NCBI GenBank assembly: GCA_031409275.1
Contig: JANNXA010000055.1
Location: forward strand, 144,163-208,162
DNA length: 64,000 nucleotides
Direction: 5' to 3'
DNA from: Planctomycetota bacterium
GTDB taxonomy: Bacteria; Planctomycetota; B15-G4; SIAN01
Under the pieces are notes generated by a model. It searched no databases, had not been told where the DNA came from, and was given only the letters and a program-made list of their open reading frames with translations. Shown here piece after piece: positions 27,318 to 36,027 of the stretch (its first letter is position 1; every line of letters starts with the position of its first letter). Made by a program: the position numbers and the translations under genes.

Positions 27318-29450
27318 GTGGACTCCATCATGAACCTGCTGTGGCTGCAGTGGCTCCTGGGCTCCCCTGGCGACAGCGCCGTCGCGACCGCGACGTCGGT
27401 GGCCCCTGCCGCCGACGCCGTGCAAACGGTCGTCGAACACGCGGTCGTTCCGGTGCCGGCACCGCATGAAGAGACGTTCGGCACCGCAGCGATCCGCCGA
27501 GAAACGCTGACCGCCGATCTGTTCCGCCTCGAACGGCAGTCGCGCACGCTGCCCGACACGCTGAAGGAATTGCCGGCGATCCACCTGCAGCGAACCGGGC
27601 CTGGCCAGACCTCGCCGTTCCTGCGCGGATTCACCGGTTTTCGAACGCTCTACGTGCTCGACGGCTTCCGCTTCAACCACGCGGCGTGGCGCGACGGCCC
27701 CAACCAGTACTTGAACACGATCGATCGCTTCCTGATCGACCGCCTCGACGTGCGCTACGGATCGGGCAGCGTCCGATACGGCTCGGACGCGATCGGCGGA
27801 ACCGTCGTCATGGAGACGCGCGCAGCGGGCCCCACCATCGAAGGGCGCGACCACACGGCGCTCGTCGAGACGCGCTTCGCGAGCGCCGAGCGCTCGGCGC
27901 TCGGCCACATCGAGGTGGGCGGCATTGCCGGGCCAGATCTCACCTACACCGCCGGCGCAACCACCAGCCACTTCGGTGATCTCGAGGGCGGCCGCCATGT
28001 CGGAGTGCAGGAAGGGACCGGGTACGACACCGCCGCCGCCGATCTGAAGCTCGCTTGGAAGATCGGCGCCAGCAGCGAGTTCGTCGTCGCCCACCAGCGC
28101 GACCGCACCTTCGATGCGGCCCGCACCCACGCCACGGCCGACGGCATCTCGTGGCACGGCACGACCGTCGGCACCGACCGCGTGCGCGAGTTCGACCAGC
28201 TGCGCGACTTCACTTACGGCCGCCTCGAGTGGCGCGAGCCGGGCCTCTTCGAGCGCATGCGGTTCGGGCTTGGCTACCACTCGCAGGCGGAGGACGAGAC
28301 GCGCGTCCGCAGCAACGGCAACCGGACCGAGTCGGGGTTCGACGTCGACACCGTTGCCACGTTCGCCAATTTCGAGCTCGAGGTGCCGTGCGGCCGCCTC
28401 CACTTCGGCGCCGACTTCGCGCACGACGACGTCCACAGCTACCAGGAGAGCTACAACCCGTCCGGAGCGCCGACCGGCATCGCCATCCAGGGCCCCGTCG
28501 GCGACAACGCAACCTTCGACGCTGCCGGCGTGTTCGCCGAGAACTCGATCGAACTGTCAAAGGCGACCACGCTGACCGCTGGCGCGCGCGCGCAACGGTC
28601 GCGTGCCGATGTCGACTCGGCGCGCGATCCGGCCACCGGCACCAAGATCGACATCGAGGACAAGTGGTGGTCGTGGGCGGCCGACCTGAGGCTGCGGCAC
28701 GACTGGAACGCGGCGCATGCCGACTGGATCGCCCTCTCGCGCGCGATCCGCGTCCCCAACCTCTCCGACCTCTCGCGCTTCGACATCGCGTTGTCGGGCG
28801 AGATCGAAACGCCGACGCCCGGCCTCGCTCCCGAGGAGTTCACCACGCTCGAACTTGGCGGCCTCCACCGCTTCGATCGCCTCGAGACGCGCGCCGCGGT
28901 CTACTACACGCTGATCCGCGACATGATCGTCCGGTTCCCGACCGGCAATGTGGTGAGTGGCGCCAACGAGATCCAGAAGGCCAACGTGGGCGATGGCTTC
29001 GCCTGGGGTCTCGACCTCGGCGCAACCTGGCGGTTCGACGCGGCGTGGTCGGTCGGAGGCGACCTCTCTTTCGTGGCCGGCAAGGTCGACACCTTCGTCG
29101 CACCCGGAGTCACGAACGAGGAACCCCTGGGAAAACTTCCGCCCCTGCATGGCAGCGGCCAGATCCGCTGGGATGATCCGGAATCGACGCTCTGGGTCGA
29201 GACCGTACTGACGTACGCCGATCGGCAGGACCGCCTGAATCCGCTCGATGAACTCGACACGCAGCGCATCCCGCCCGACGGCACCCCCGGTTTCGTGGTG
29301 TACGGCATGCGCGGTGGCTTCTCCCCTGTCGATCGTCTCGACGTGGCGCTGGCGCTGGAGAACGTGACCAATCGCGACTACCGTCTGCACGGCTCCGGAC
29401 TGAACGAACCCGGCACCAATCTCGTCGCCAGCCTGAGGTACCGCTTCTGA
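27318..29450 (+). CDS. TonB-dependent outer-membrane receptor
   Basis: The plug-domain motifs are PAIHLQRTGPGQTSPFLRGF and RTLYVLDGFRFNHA. The C-terminal barrel ends with aromatic LRYRF. The start is GTG 27318 or ATG 27330. Confidence 0.85.
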   Translation: MDSIMNLLWLQWLLGSPGDSAVATATSVAPAADAVQTVVEHAVVPVPAPHEETFGTAAIRRETLTADLFRLERQSRTLPDTLKELPAIHLQRTGPGQTSPFLRGFTGFRTLYVLDGFRFNHAAWRDGPNQYLNTIDRFLIDRLDVRYGSGSVRYGSDAIGGTVVMETRAAGPTIEGRDHTALVETRFASAERSALGHIEVGGIAGPDLTYTAGATTSHFGDLEGGRHVGVQEGTGYDTAAADLKLAWKIGASSEFVVAHQRDRTFDAARTHATADGISWHGTTVGTDRVREFDQLRDFTYGRLEWREPGLFERMRFGLGYHSQAEDETRVRSNGNRTESGFDVDTVATFANFELEVPCGRLHFGADFAHDDVHSYQESYNPSGAPTGIAIQGPVGDNATFDAAGVFAENSIELSKATTLTAGARAQRSRADVDSARDPATGTKIDIEDKWWSWAADLRLRHDWNAAHADWIALSRAIRVPNLSDLSRFDIALSGEIETPTPGLAPEEFTTLELGGLHRFDRLETRAAVYYTLIRDMIVRFPTGNVVSGANEIQKANVGDGFAWGLDLGATWRFDAAWSVGGDLSFVAGKVDTFVAPGVTNEEPLGKLPPLHGSGQIRWDDPESTLWVETVLTYADRQDRLNPLDELDTQRIPPDGTPGFVVYGMRGGFSPVDRLDVALALENVTNRDYRLHGSGLNEPGTNLVASLRYRF

Positions 29451-29479
29451 GGATCCGCGCCATCGCCGCATCGCTGCTC

Positions 29480-30142
29480 TTGCACGCCGCCGCATTGGCT
29501 GCCGTGTCGGGGCTGTCGTGGAGCCTGCGAAGCACTGCCGATCGGGCGACCGTCGCCGCCAAGAGCGCCTCGTTCGCCAGCGATGCCGACTCGGCGCCGC
29601 TCCCCGAGCCGATGTCGCTCGCACCAGTGCCGATCGATCCTCCGCCGACGGAACGGCCGCCCGATCCGGAACCGGAACTCGACGAACTGCACGAACCGCT
29701 CGACGACCCGCGCGCGCCTGAATCGTTGGACTCGACGCTGCTCGCACCGCTGCCGAGTCTGCCGCCCGCCGTCGAGCGCCTCCCCGCGCGACGGCCACCT
29801 CCCCCAACCGAACCGACGCCCGTTCCTCCACCGCCAGCGCAAGTCGCGTCCGAACCGGTCGAGCTGCACGAGGCGGTGACCGAATTCGCACCGCAACCGG
29901 TCTATCCGCAGCGAGCCGTCGATCTGCGCTACGAGGGCACCGTCACCCTGCTGGCGCTGGTCAAGGCAGACGGCCGCGTCGAGGCATGCGAAGTCGAGAC
30001 GAGCTCCGGCTTCGCGCTGCTCGACGAGGCGGCGCGCGCCGCGCTCAAACGCTGGAAGTTCAAGCCCCGCATGGTCGATGGCAGCGCGCGCCCGTTCACC
30101 GCGCGCGTGCCGTTCCAGTTCTTCATCCCGAAGCCGAGGTGA
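29480..30142 (+). CDS. tonB: Energy transducer TonB
   Basis: A Pro-rich spacer is followed by the C-terminal domain YPQRAVDLRYEGTVTLLALVKADGRVEACEVETSSGFALLDEAARAALKRWKFKP. The TM SxxxH motif (SLLLH) lies upstream of the TTG at 29480, so the real start is probably a non-canonical codon near 29447. Confidence 0.75.
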   Translation: MHAAALAAVSGLSWSLRSTADRATVAAKSASFASDADSAPLPEPMSLAPVPIDPPPTERPPDPEPELDELHEPLDDPRAPESLDSTLLAPLPSLPPAVERLPARRPPPPTEPTPVPPPPAQVASEPVELHEAVTEFAPQPVYPQRAVDLRYEGTVTLLALVKADGRVEACEVETSSGFALLDEAARAALKRWKFKPRMVDGSARPFTARVPFQFFIPKPR

Positions 30143-32564
30143 TCGGGATCGCTGTCGCGGGCGCCGCGGGCGCCGGCCGCAGCTCGCGCACGAACAGCCG
30201 CTCGATCCGGCGGTACTCGTCGATCCAGCTCTCCGGATCAGTGAAGCCGTGGTCCTGGCTCGGGTAGAGCATCACGTCGAACTCCTTGCCGAGCTGGATC
30301 AGCTTCTCGATCAGCCGGATCGAGTCCTGCGCGAAGACGTTCGAGTCCTTGAGCCCGTGCAGGATCAGCAGCGGCTTGGTGAGCCCTTCCGCGTGGTCGA
30401 TCGGACTCGAGCGCCGATAGTTCTCCGCGTCGGTCTTGGGGTCGCCAAGTCGCGGCGTCGTGTACCACGTGTTGTAGGTGCGCCAGTCGGTCACCGATCG
30501 CAACGCAGCGCCGCACGCGAAAACGTCCTGCTTGGTGAAGAGCGCCATCAGCGTGAGGAAGCCGCCGTAGCTGCCGCCATAGAGGCCGATGCGCGCCGGA
30601 TCGACGTAGCCGAGACTCGCGAGGTAGCGCGCGCCAGCCACCTCGTCGTCGAGGTCCTTGCCGCCCATGAAGCCGTAGATGTCGGTGCGGAACTTCCGGC
30701 CGTAGCCGGCGCTGTGGCGATAGTCGACGTCCAGCACGGCGAAACCGAGCCGCGCGAGGCGCTGATGGAACAGGTAGTTCGCCGGATACTCGGTCATCGA
30801 ACGCGTGACGTTCTGGAGGTAGCCCGCGCCGTGCACGAAGATCACCGCCGGCACCTGGCCGCCCGCGGGTGGCGCCACCGGTCGATAGAGCAGCGCGCGC
30901 AACGCGGTGCCGTCGTCCGGATTGGTGAAGCGGACCAGCGCTGGCGGCGGCAGCGCGAGCTCGCGCAGCGCCTTCGGCACGGTGTCGCTCAGCTGGACCG
31001 GTGCCGCGCCAGGCGCCGTCGCCATCGCGAACCAATCGCCGGGAACGCCAAGCTGCTCGAACAGGAACGCCACCCGCGAACCGTCCGCGCTGACCGTGAG
31101 ATCGCCGACACATCCGTCGCGCGGGGTCGCGAGCTCGCGCACCGCGCCGCTTTCGAGGTCGATCTGCAGCAGCGAGCGCTCGGCCGGATCGCGCTGATTG
31201 GTGATCGCCAACGCGAGCGGCTTGCCGGCGACGAGCGCCACCTCCTGGATCTCGCTTCCCGCGGCGGTCAGCACTCGCGCCGCGCCGCCTTGCGCCGGCA
31301 CGAGGTAGAGCTGCGCGAAGCCGTCGCGTTCGGATGAGAAGAGGACCGCCTCGCCGTCGGCACGCCACGAGGCGTGCTGCAGCGGGCCGCCGATCCACGC
31401 GTCGTCGCGCTCGGCGAACAGCGGGAGCGTGCGTTGCGTGTCGGGATCGGCCACCAGGATCTGGCGGACCTTCCAGTCGCTGCTGACGCGCTGCACCAGC
31501 AGGCGCGCGCCGGCGGGTGACCAGTCGGTGCCGATCTGCGCGAAACGCTCGCCCTCGTCCAGCGGGAGCGCAACCTCGACGCCGCGCTCCACGTCGAACA
31601 GGGCGATCGACGCCTTGGGAGGCGGATCGCCCGCGAGGTCGCCACGCACCGGCACCGGCTTCACCTGCTCCGACAGGTAGTCGGCGAGGATCAGTTGGCG
31701 GCGCTGTTCGAACTCGCGATTGGTGACCACGGCGAAGCGGCCGTCGGCCGAAAGCGCGACGCGCCCCGACTCCCATAACGGGGTCGCTCGCGGCGCGCGC
31801 GGGTTGGCCGCAAACGGCAGCGAGACGCGCCAGAGCACTTTCTTCTGCGCGCGCGGCTCCTTGCCGTCGGTCGCGCTGGCGGTTGCGGCTGCCGCGGTCG
31901 CAGGCGGCGGCGCGGGCGGCGTCGCCGTGGCAGCTACCGGCTTCCCGTCGCCATCCGGTGGCGCCGCGAACAAGACGACCTCCCCCGTCGCTTCGAGCAG
32001 CTGGAACCATCGGCCGCGCTGCGTCAGCGCGCGCGCCGGCGACCAGCGCGCACCGGTGGCCAGGTCGACGACCCACAACTCGTCGTCGGCGCCGGCAACG
32101 AAAAGCGCATGACGACCGTCGCGCGTGAACGTCAGCCGGCCGCGATTCGCGCCGCACTCGAACAACGGTTCACTGCGGCCGCTTGCGACGTCGTAGCGCT
32201 CGATCCAACCGCCACGGAACAGCAAGAGCATCGAGTCGGTCGGCCCCCACTGCAGCTCGACCGCCGGTTCGGCCGGGAAGAGCTCCCGCGCGGGCGCGCT
32301 GCCATCGGTCGGCGCGATCCACCATGCCCGCTGCGGCATCTCGGCGTCGGTGGCCGTGTAGCGCCACAGCGCGAAGCGACCATCGGCGCTGAGCGACCCT
32401 TCGCTCGGCCGCACGCCGAGCAAGCGCGGCGGCGCGAAGATCTCCTGCAGCGTCGGTCGCACGACCGCGTCGACGGGCGACGTCTCCGCCGGGACTGCCG
32501 GCGCGCCCGCACCGCCGACTTGAGCGATCAGAGCCATGACGACGATCGACTCGAGCATCTGCAT
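30123..32564 (-). CDS. S9-family serine peptidase (prolyl oligopeptidase / dipeptidyl aminopeptidase type) with an N-terminal beta-propeller
   Basis: The catalytic serine is in GGSYGGFL. ILHGLKDSNV and SQDHGF are the Asp/His regions. The signal peptide is MQMLESIVVMALIAQVGGAGA. The track ORF 30123..32912 has a shadow N-terminal extension. Confidence 0.8.
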   Translation of the reverse strand: MQMLESIVVMALIAQVGGAGAPAVPAETSPVDAVVRPTLQEIFAPPRLLGVRPSEGSLSADGRFALWRYTATDAEMPQRAWWIAPTDGSAPARELFPAEPAVELQWGPTDSMLLLFRGGWIERYDVASGRSEPLFECGANRGRLTFTRDGRHALFVAGADDELWVVDLATGARWSPARALTQRGRWFQLLEATGEVVLFAAPPDGDGKPVAATATPPAPPPATAAAATASATDGKEPRAQKKVLWRVSLPFAANPRAPRATPLWESGRVALSADGRFAVVTNREFEQRRQLILADYLSEQVKPVPVRGDLAGDPPPKASIALFDVERGVEVALPLDEGERFAQIGTDWSPAGARLLVQRVSSDWKVRQILVADPDTQRTLPLFAERDDAWIGGPLQHASWRADGEAVLFSSERDGFAQLYLVPAQGGAARVLTAAGSEIQEVALVAGKPLALAITNQRDPAERSLLQIDLESGAVRELATPRDGCVGDLTVSADGSRVAFLFEQLGVPGDWFAMATAPGAAPVQLSDTVPKALRELALPPPALVRFTNPDDGTALRALLYRPVAPPAGGQVPAVIFVHGAGYLQNVTRSMTEYPANYLFHQRLARLGFAVLDVDYRHSAGYGRKFRTDIYGFMGGKDLDDEVAGARYLASLGYVDPARIGLYGGSYGGFLTLMALFTKQDVFACGAALRSVTDWRTYNTWYTTPRLGDPKTDAENYRRSSPIDHAEGLTKPLLILHGLKDSNVFAQDSIRLIEKLIQLGKEFDVMLYPSQDHGFTDPESWIDEYRRIERLFVRELRPAPAAPATAIPITSASG

Positions 32565-32712
32565 TCCTCCGTCGCGACATGATGCCGGCGCCATCGCCGC
32601 GCTCGTACGCCCACCACGACCCGGTATAAGGCTCGGTTCCCCAAGCCTCGGCGAGCGGCGTGTTCGATCCGGCCTTCGCGACCTCGGCTCGGGGCCAAAG
32701 CACGGAGTGTTC

Positions 32713-33684
32713 ATGGGCGTTCCGCACGGCATCGTGGTCCTCGACAAGCCGGCTGGCATCACCTCGCGCGACGCCGTCGACCATGCGTGCAAGCGCCTGA
32801 AGACCCGCGAGATCGGCCACTGCGGGACGCTCGACCCGCTTGCGACCGGAGTCCTCGTGCTGGTGATCGGTCGTGCTCGCCGCCTGCAGGAGCTGCTCGC
32901 CAAGTCGCGCAAGGTCTATGCGGCGCGCATCAAGCTCGGCGCCATCTCTGAAACCGACGATGCGGAGGGCCCCCTCACCGAGACGTCGCCACTGCCCCCG
33001 CCACCGACCCTCGATGCGGTGCTCGCCGGCGCCGCGCGCTTCGTCGGCGAGATCGAGCAGCGTCCGCCGCGCTATTCCGCGGTGAAGGTCGACGGCGAGC
33101 GCCTCTACGACCTCGCCCGCCGCGGACAGGGCATCGACGCGCCGATGCGCAAAGTCACCGTCTACGACCTGAAGGTCACGAACTACGACTACCCCTTCAT
33201 CGACCTCACGGTCGCGTCGGCGGGCGGCACCTACGTGCGCTCGATCGCGCGCGATCTTGGCGCGCTGCTCGGCACCGGCGGCTATCTCGCGCAACTCGCA
33301 CGCACCGAGTCCGGCGGCTTCCGCCAGTCGGAAGCGACGTCGCTCGAGCAACTCGGGCCCGAGCACGTGCTTCCGCTCGAGAATGCGTTGCGCCACTTCC
33401 CGCGGATCGACATCGCGGCGGCGCAGGCACTGCGACTCGGCAACGGCGCCGTCGTGCGCGCCGAGGTACCGCCCCTCTCGCTCGGCTCCGACGACACGCT
33501 GTTTGGCTGGGTGAACGGGCACGCCGTCGCGCTGCTGGCGAAGCAAGGCCCGCAGCGGGTGCGTTCGTCGCGGCTGCTGGTGACGATCCCGGAGCTGCAG
33601 CGACTCGCCGACGAGGAGCTCGCCGCGGCGCCGCAGCAGGCGAACCGCGAGCGCGCCAGCTACGACGACGACGAGCGGCGCTGA
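32713..33684 (+). CDS. truB: tRNA pseudouridine(55) synthase
   Basis: GIVVLDKPAGITS and GHCGTLDPLATGVL match the TruB catalytic Asp motif. The start is set at MGVPHG. Confidence 0.85.
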   Translation: MGVPHGIVVLDKPAGITSRDAVDHACKRLKTREIGHCGTLDPLATGVLVLVIGRARRLQELLAKSRKVYAARIKLGAISETDDAEGPLTETSPLPPPPTLDAVLAGAARFVGEIEQRPPRYSAVKVDGERLYDLARRGQGIDAPMRKVTVYDLKVTNYDYPFIDLTVASAGGTYVRSIARDLGALLGTGGYLAQLARTESGGFRQSEATSLEQLGPEHVLPLENALRHFPRIDIAAAQALRLGNGAVVRAEVPPLSLGSDDTLFGWVNGHAVALLAKQGPQRVRSSRLLVTIPELQRLADEELAAAPQQANRERASYDDDERR

Positions 33685-33705
33685 GAGCGCCGCCGCGACG
33701 ATCGC

Positions 33706-35640
33706 TCAGCGCGGCTGCAACCGCACCGGTTCGTCGTAGAGCGCACCGCCCTCGCCAGCGTCGGTGACCACCGCCCGAACCAGCAGGTTCGCGCAATCAC
33801 CGCTGCGTTGCTGGCCTCCTTTGGCCATGAAGGCCACGCTCGGATGAATGGCATCGTCGTGGCGAAGGGTGACCGCGAGCCGACCGATCACGCTCTCGAT
33901 CCACGCCGGCGCCCCATCGCGAAGACCCGCCGCCGCACTCGGATGGACGCGTACCTCCGCCGGCGATGGCGGCGTCTCCGACCACTGTGAAGACTGCGCC
34001 TTCGCTGTCGAGACGGCCAGAAGTCGTAGCGGGAAGTCGACGCTCGCAATCGCCGGTCGCTCCGGCGCCGACACCGGCAGGCGCGCGCGGCCGTCCGCCG
34101 TCGCGAAGCGATCACCGGCGAACCGAACCTGCGGCGCCAGCGGATTGCGTCGCGGCGCCTGCGTCAGTGCGGCCGCATCGATGCCATGAGGCGCGACCTT
34201 GCGCAGCAACCGTTCCTTCCACGCCGCGATCGAGGGGTCGAAACGGTCCCCGAGGCCGAGCCGTTCCGCCAACCCGTGCAGGAGGGTGATCTCGTGCACG
34301 ACGCCGGGGGGCGGCGCGAGTGCCGGCGTCGACGCCCGCAACCAGTGGTTCCCGTAGGCGCCAAGCAGATCCTCATCCTCGAGCAGCGTCGGGCACGGAA
34401 AGACGACGTGGGCGACATCGGTGGTGTCGGTCGGATGGGTATCGACGACCGCCACGAAGTCCGCGCGCTCGAAGCCGCGCCGCACGGACGCGGCATCGGG
34501 CAGCATGCTGAGCGGGTTGCCGGCCGTGACCCAGATCGCGCGTACGGGCGGCGTCGCTTCGAGCAGCTCGCGGCCAAGCAGCGGCTCGCACAACGTGCGG
34601 GGAGCAGCGGCCTCGCCGCGCACGAAGCTGGTGTCAAAGGCCGTGCGTCGCGCGAAGTAGTACGAACAGCCGCCGCCGCTCACTCCCATGTTGCCGCGCA
34701 CCGTTGCCAGCGCGTCGAGCGTGCGCACCACCGCAGCGCCGTTCACCCGGCGCGCCAGACCCCAGCCGACCAGGATCGCGGCCGGGAACTGCGCGGCGTA
34801 GAGATCGGCGAAGCGCTGCAAGTCCGCTTCGGGGACACCGGCGGCGTGCGCGCGCTCAGCAAGCGTGCTCTGCAACGCCAGCGCACGAAAGTGGGCCGCG
34901 CCTTCCGCGAAACGCTCCAGGTCGGACGCGATCGCGCCGCGCGCGAAGAGTTCACTCGCCACCGCCAGCGCCAGCTCGCCATCGCAGCCCGGTCGCGGCT
35001 GCAGGAAGAGGTCGCACAGCGACGCCAGTCGCGTCCGCACGCAGTCGATCCCGACGATCGTCGTGCCGCGCCGCTTCGCCTCGAGCAGCACCGGCAGGAG
35101 ATGCGAGCCTGAAACGTGGACGTTCTTGCCCCAGACCACGATCAGGCGGCTGTTCATCAGATCGAACAGGTCGTTCGAATCGGAGGCTCCGAAATCGAGC
35201 AGGTTGGCCGCTTCGCCTGCTCCCGAGCAGATGTCGCCGCGCTTCACGGTGACCGGCCCGAACTGCTCGAACAGGTAGTCGGCCGCCACCTTGAGCAGCC
35301 CCAGCGAGCCGCCGGAGCGGTAGTGGAAGATCGCTGCCGCTCCCGATTCCGCGCGAATCTTGAGCAGCTGCTCCGCCGCGAAGTCGAGCGCCGCCTCGAG
35401 GCTCGCCGAAACGAGCTTGCCGCCGCGGCGCACCTGCGGCGTGACGAAGCGATCGGGGGCGTACTGGCGCGCCAGGAACTTCGCCGTACGTTCGCAGAGG
35501 AAACCGCGGGTCACCGGATCGTCGGGGTCTCCGCTGAGCCGCACGGCCCGCTCGCCTTCCATCTCGACGACGATCGAACAGGCGTCGGGGCAGTCCCGAT
35601 TGCAGGCGGTCTTGCGGCGCGAGCGCGTCTTGCTGGCCAT
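33706..35640 (-). CDS. Molybdopterin-dependent oxidoreductase (molybdopterin bis-PGD, MopB, family)
   Basis: The N-terminal Cys cluster is CNRDCPDAC...C (4Fe-4S Mo-bisPGD domain). The length and middle/C-terminal regions match the MopB superfamily. Confidence 0.75.
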   Translation of the reverse strand: MASKTRSRRKTACNRDCPDACSIVVEMEGERAVRLSGDPDDPVTRGFLCERTAKFLARQYAPDRFVTPQVRRGGKLVSASLEAALDFAAEQLLKIRAESGAAAIFHYRSGGSLGLLKVAADYLFEQFGPVTVKRGDICSGAGEAANLLDFGASDSNDLFDLMNSRLIVVWGKNVHVSGSHLLPVLLEAKRRGTTIVGIDCVRTRLASLCDLFLQPRPGCDGELALAVASELFARGAIASDLERFAEGAAHFRALALQSTLAERAHAAGVPEADLQRFADLYAAQFPAAILVGWGLARRVNGAAVVRTLDALATVRGNMGVSGGGCSYYFARRTAFDTSFVRGEAAAPRTLCEPLLGRELLEATPPVRAIWVTAGNPLSMLPDAASVRRGFERADFVAVVDTHPTDTTDVAHVVFPCPTLLEDEDLLGAYGNHWLRASTPALAPPPGVVHEITLLHGLAERLGLGDRFDPSIAAWKERLLRKVAPHGIDAAALTQAPRRNPLAPQVRFAGDRFATADGRARLPVSAPERPAIASVDFPLRLLAVSTAKAQSSQWSETPPSPAEVRVHPSAAAGLRDGAPAWIESVIGRLAVTLRHDDAIHPSVAFMAKGGQQRSGDCANLLVRAVVTDAGEGGALYDEPVRLQPR

Positions 35641-35712
35641 GGCGCGATGTTAGAGTCCGCCCCCCTTTTCGTGCCGCTGTCGAAGTCGGACAGCTGGCAC
35701 GCGGAGCGACCC

Positions 35713-36027
35713 ATGCCGGCCGACAAGATCGCGAAGTGGAAGCCGTTGGTCGAACAGCACCCCGACCACGAACTCGCGCGCTACAGCCTCGGCTGCGCCT
35801 ACTTCGAAGCCGGCCAGTTCGCCGACGCCGAGCCGCACTTCGCGCGCGCTCTCGAACTGCGCAACGACTGGGTCATGGCGTACATCTTCCGCGCCAAGTG
35901 CCTGATCCGGCTCGGGCGAGGCACCGAAGCGAAGCCGCTGCTGGCGCTCGGCCGTTCCCACTCGCAGGCGCAAGGGCATGACGCGCCGGTCGAGGAGATC
36001 GACGCGCTGCTCGAGATGCTGCCGTGA
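35713..36027 (+). CDS. Small TPR-repeat protein
   Basis: MPADKIAKWKPLVEQHPDHELARYSLGCAYFEAGQFADAEPHFARALEL contains a TPR motif. The track ORF 35116..36027 has an N-terminal shadow. The stop overlaps the next gene's start. Confidence 0.6.
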   Translation: MPADKIAKWKPLVEQHPDHELARYSLGCAYFEAGQFADAEPHFARALELRNDWVMAYIFRAKCLIRLGRGTEAKPLLALGRSHSQAQGHDAPVEEIDALLEMLP

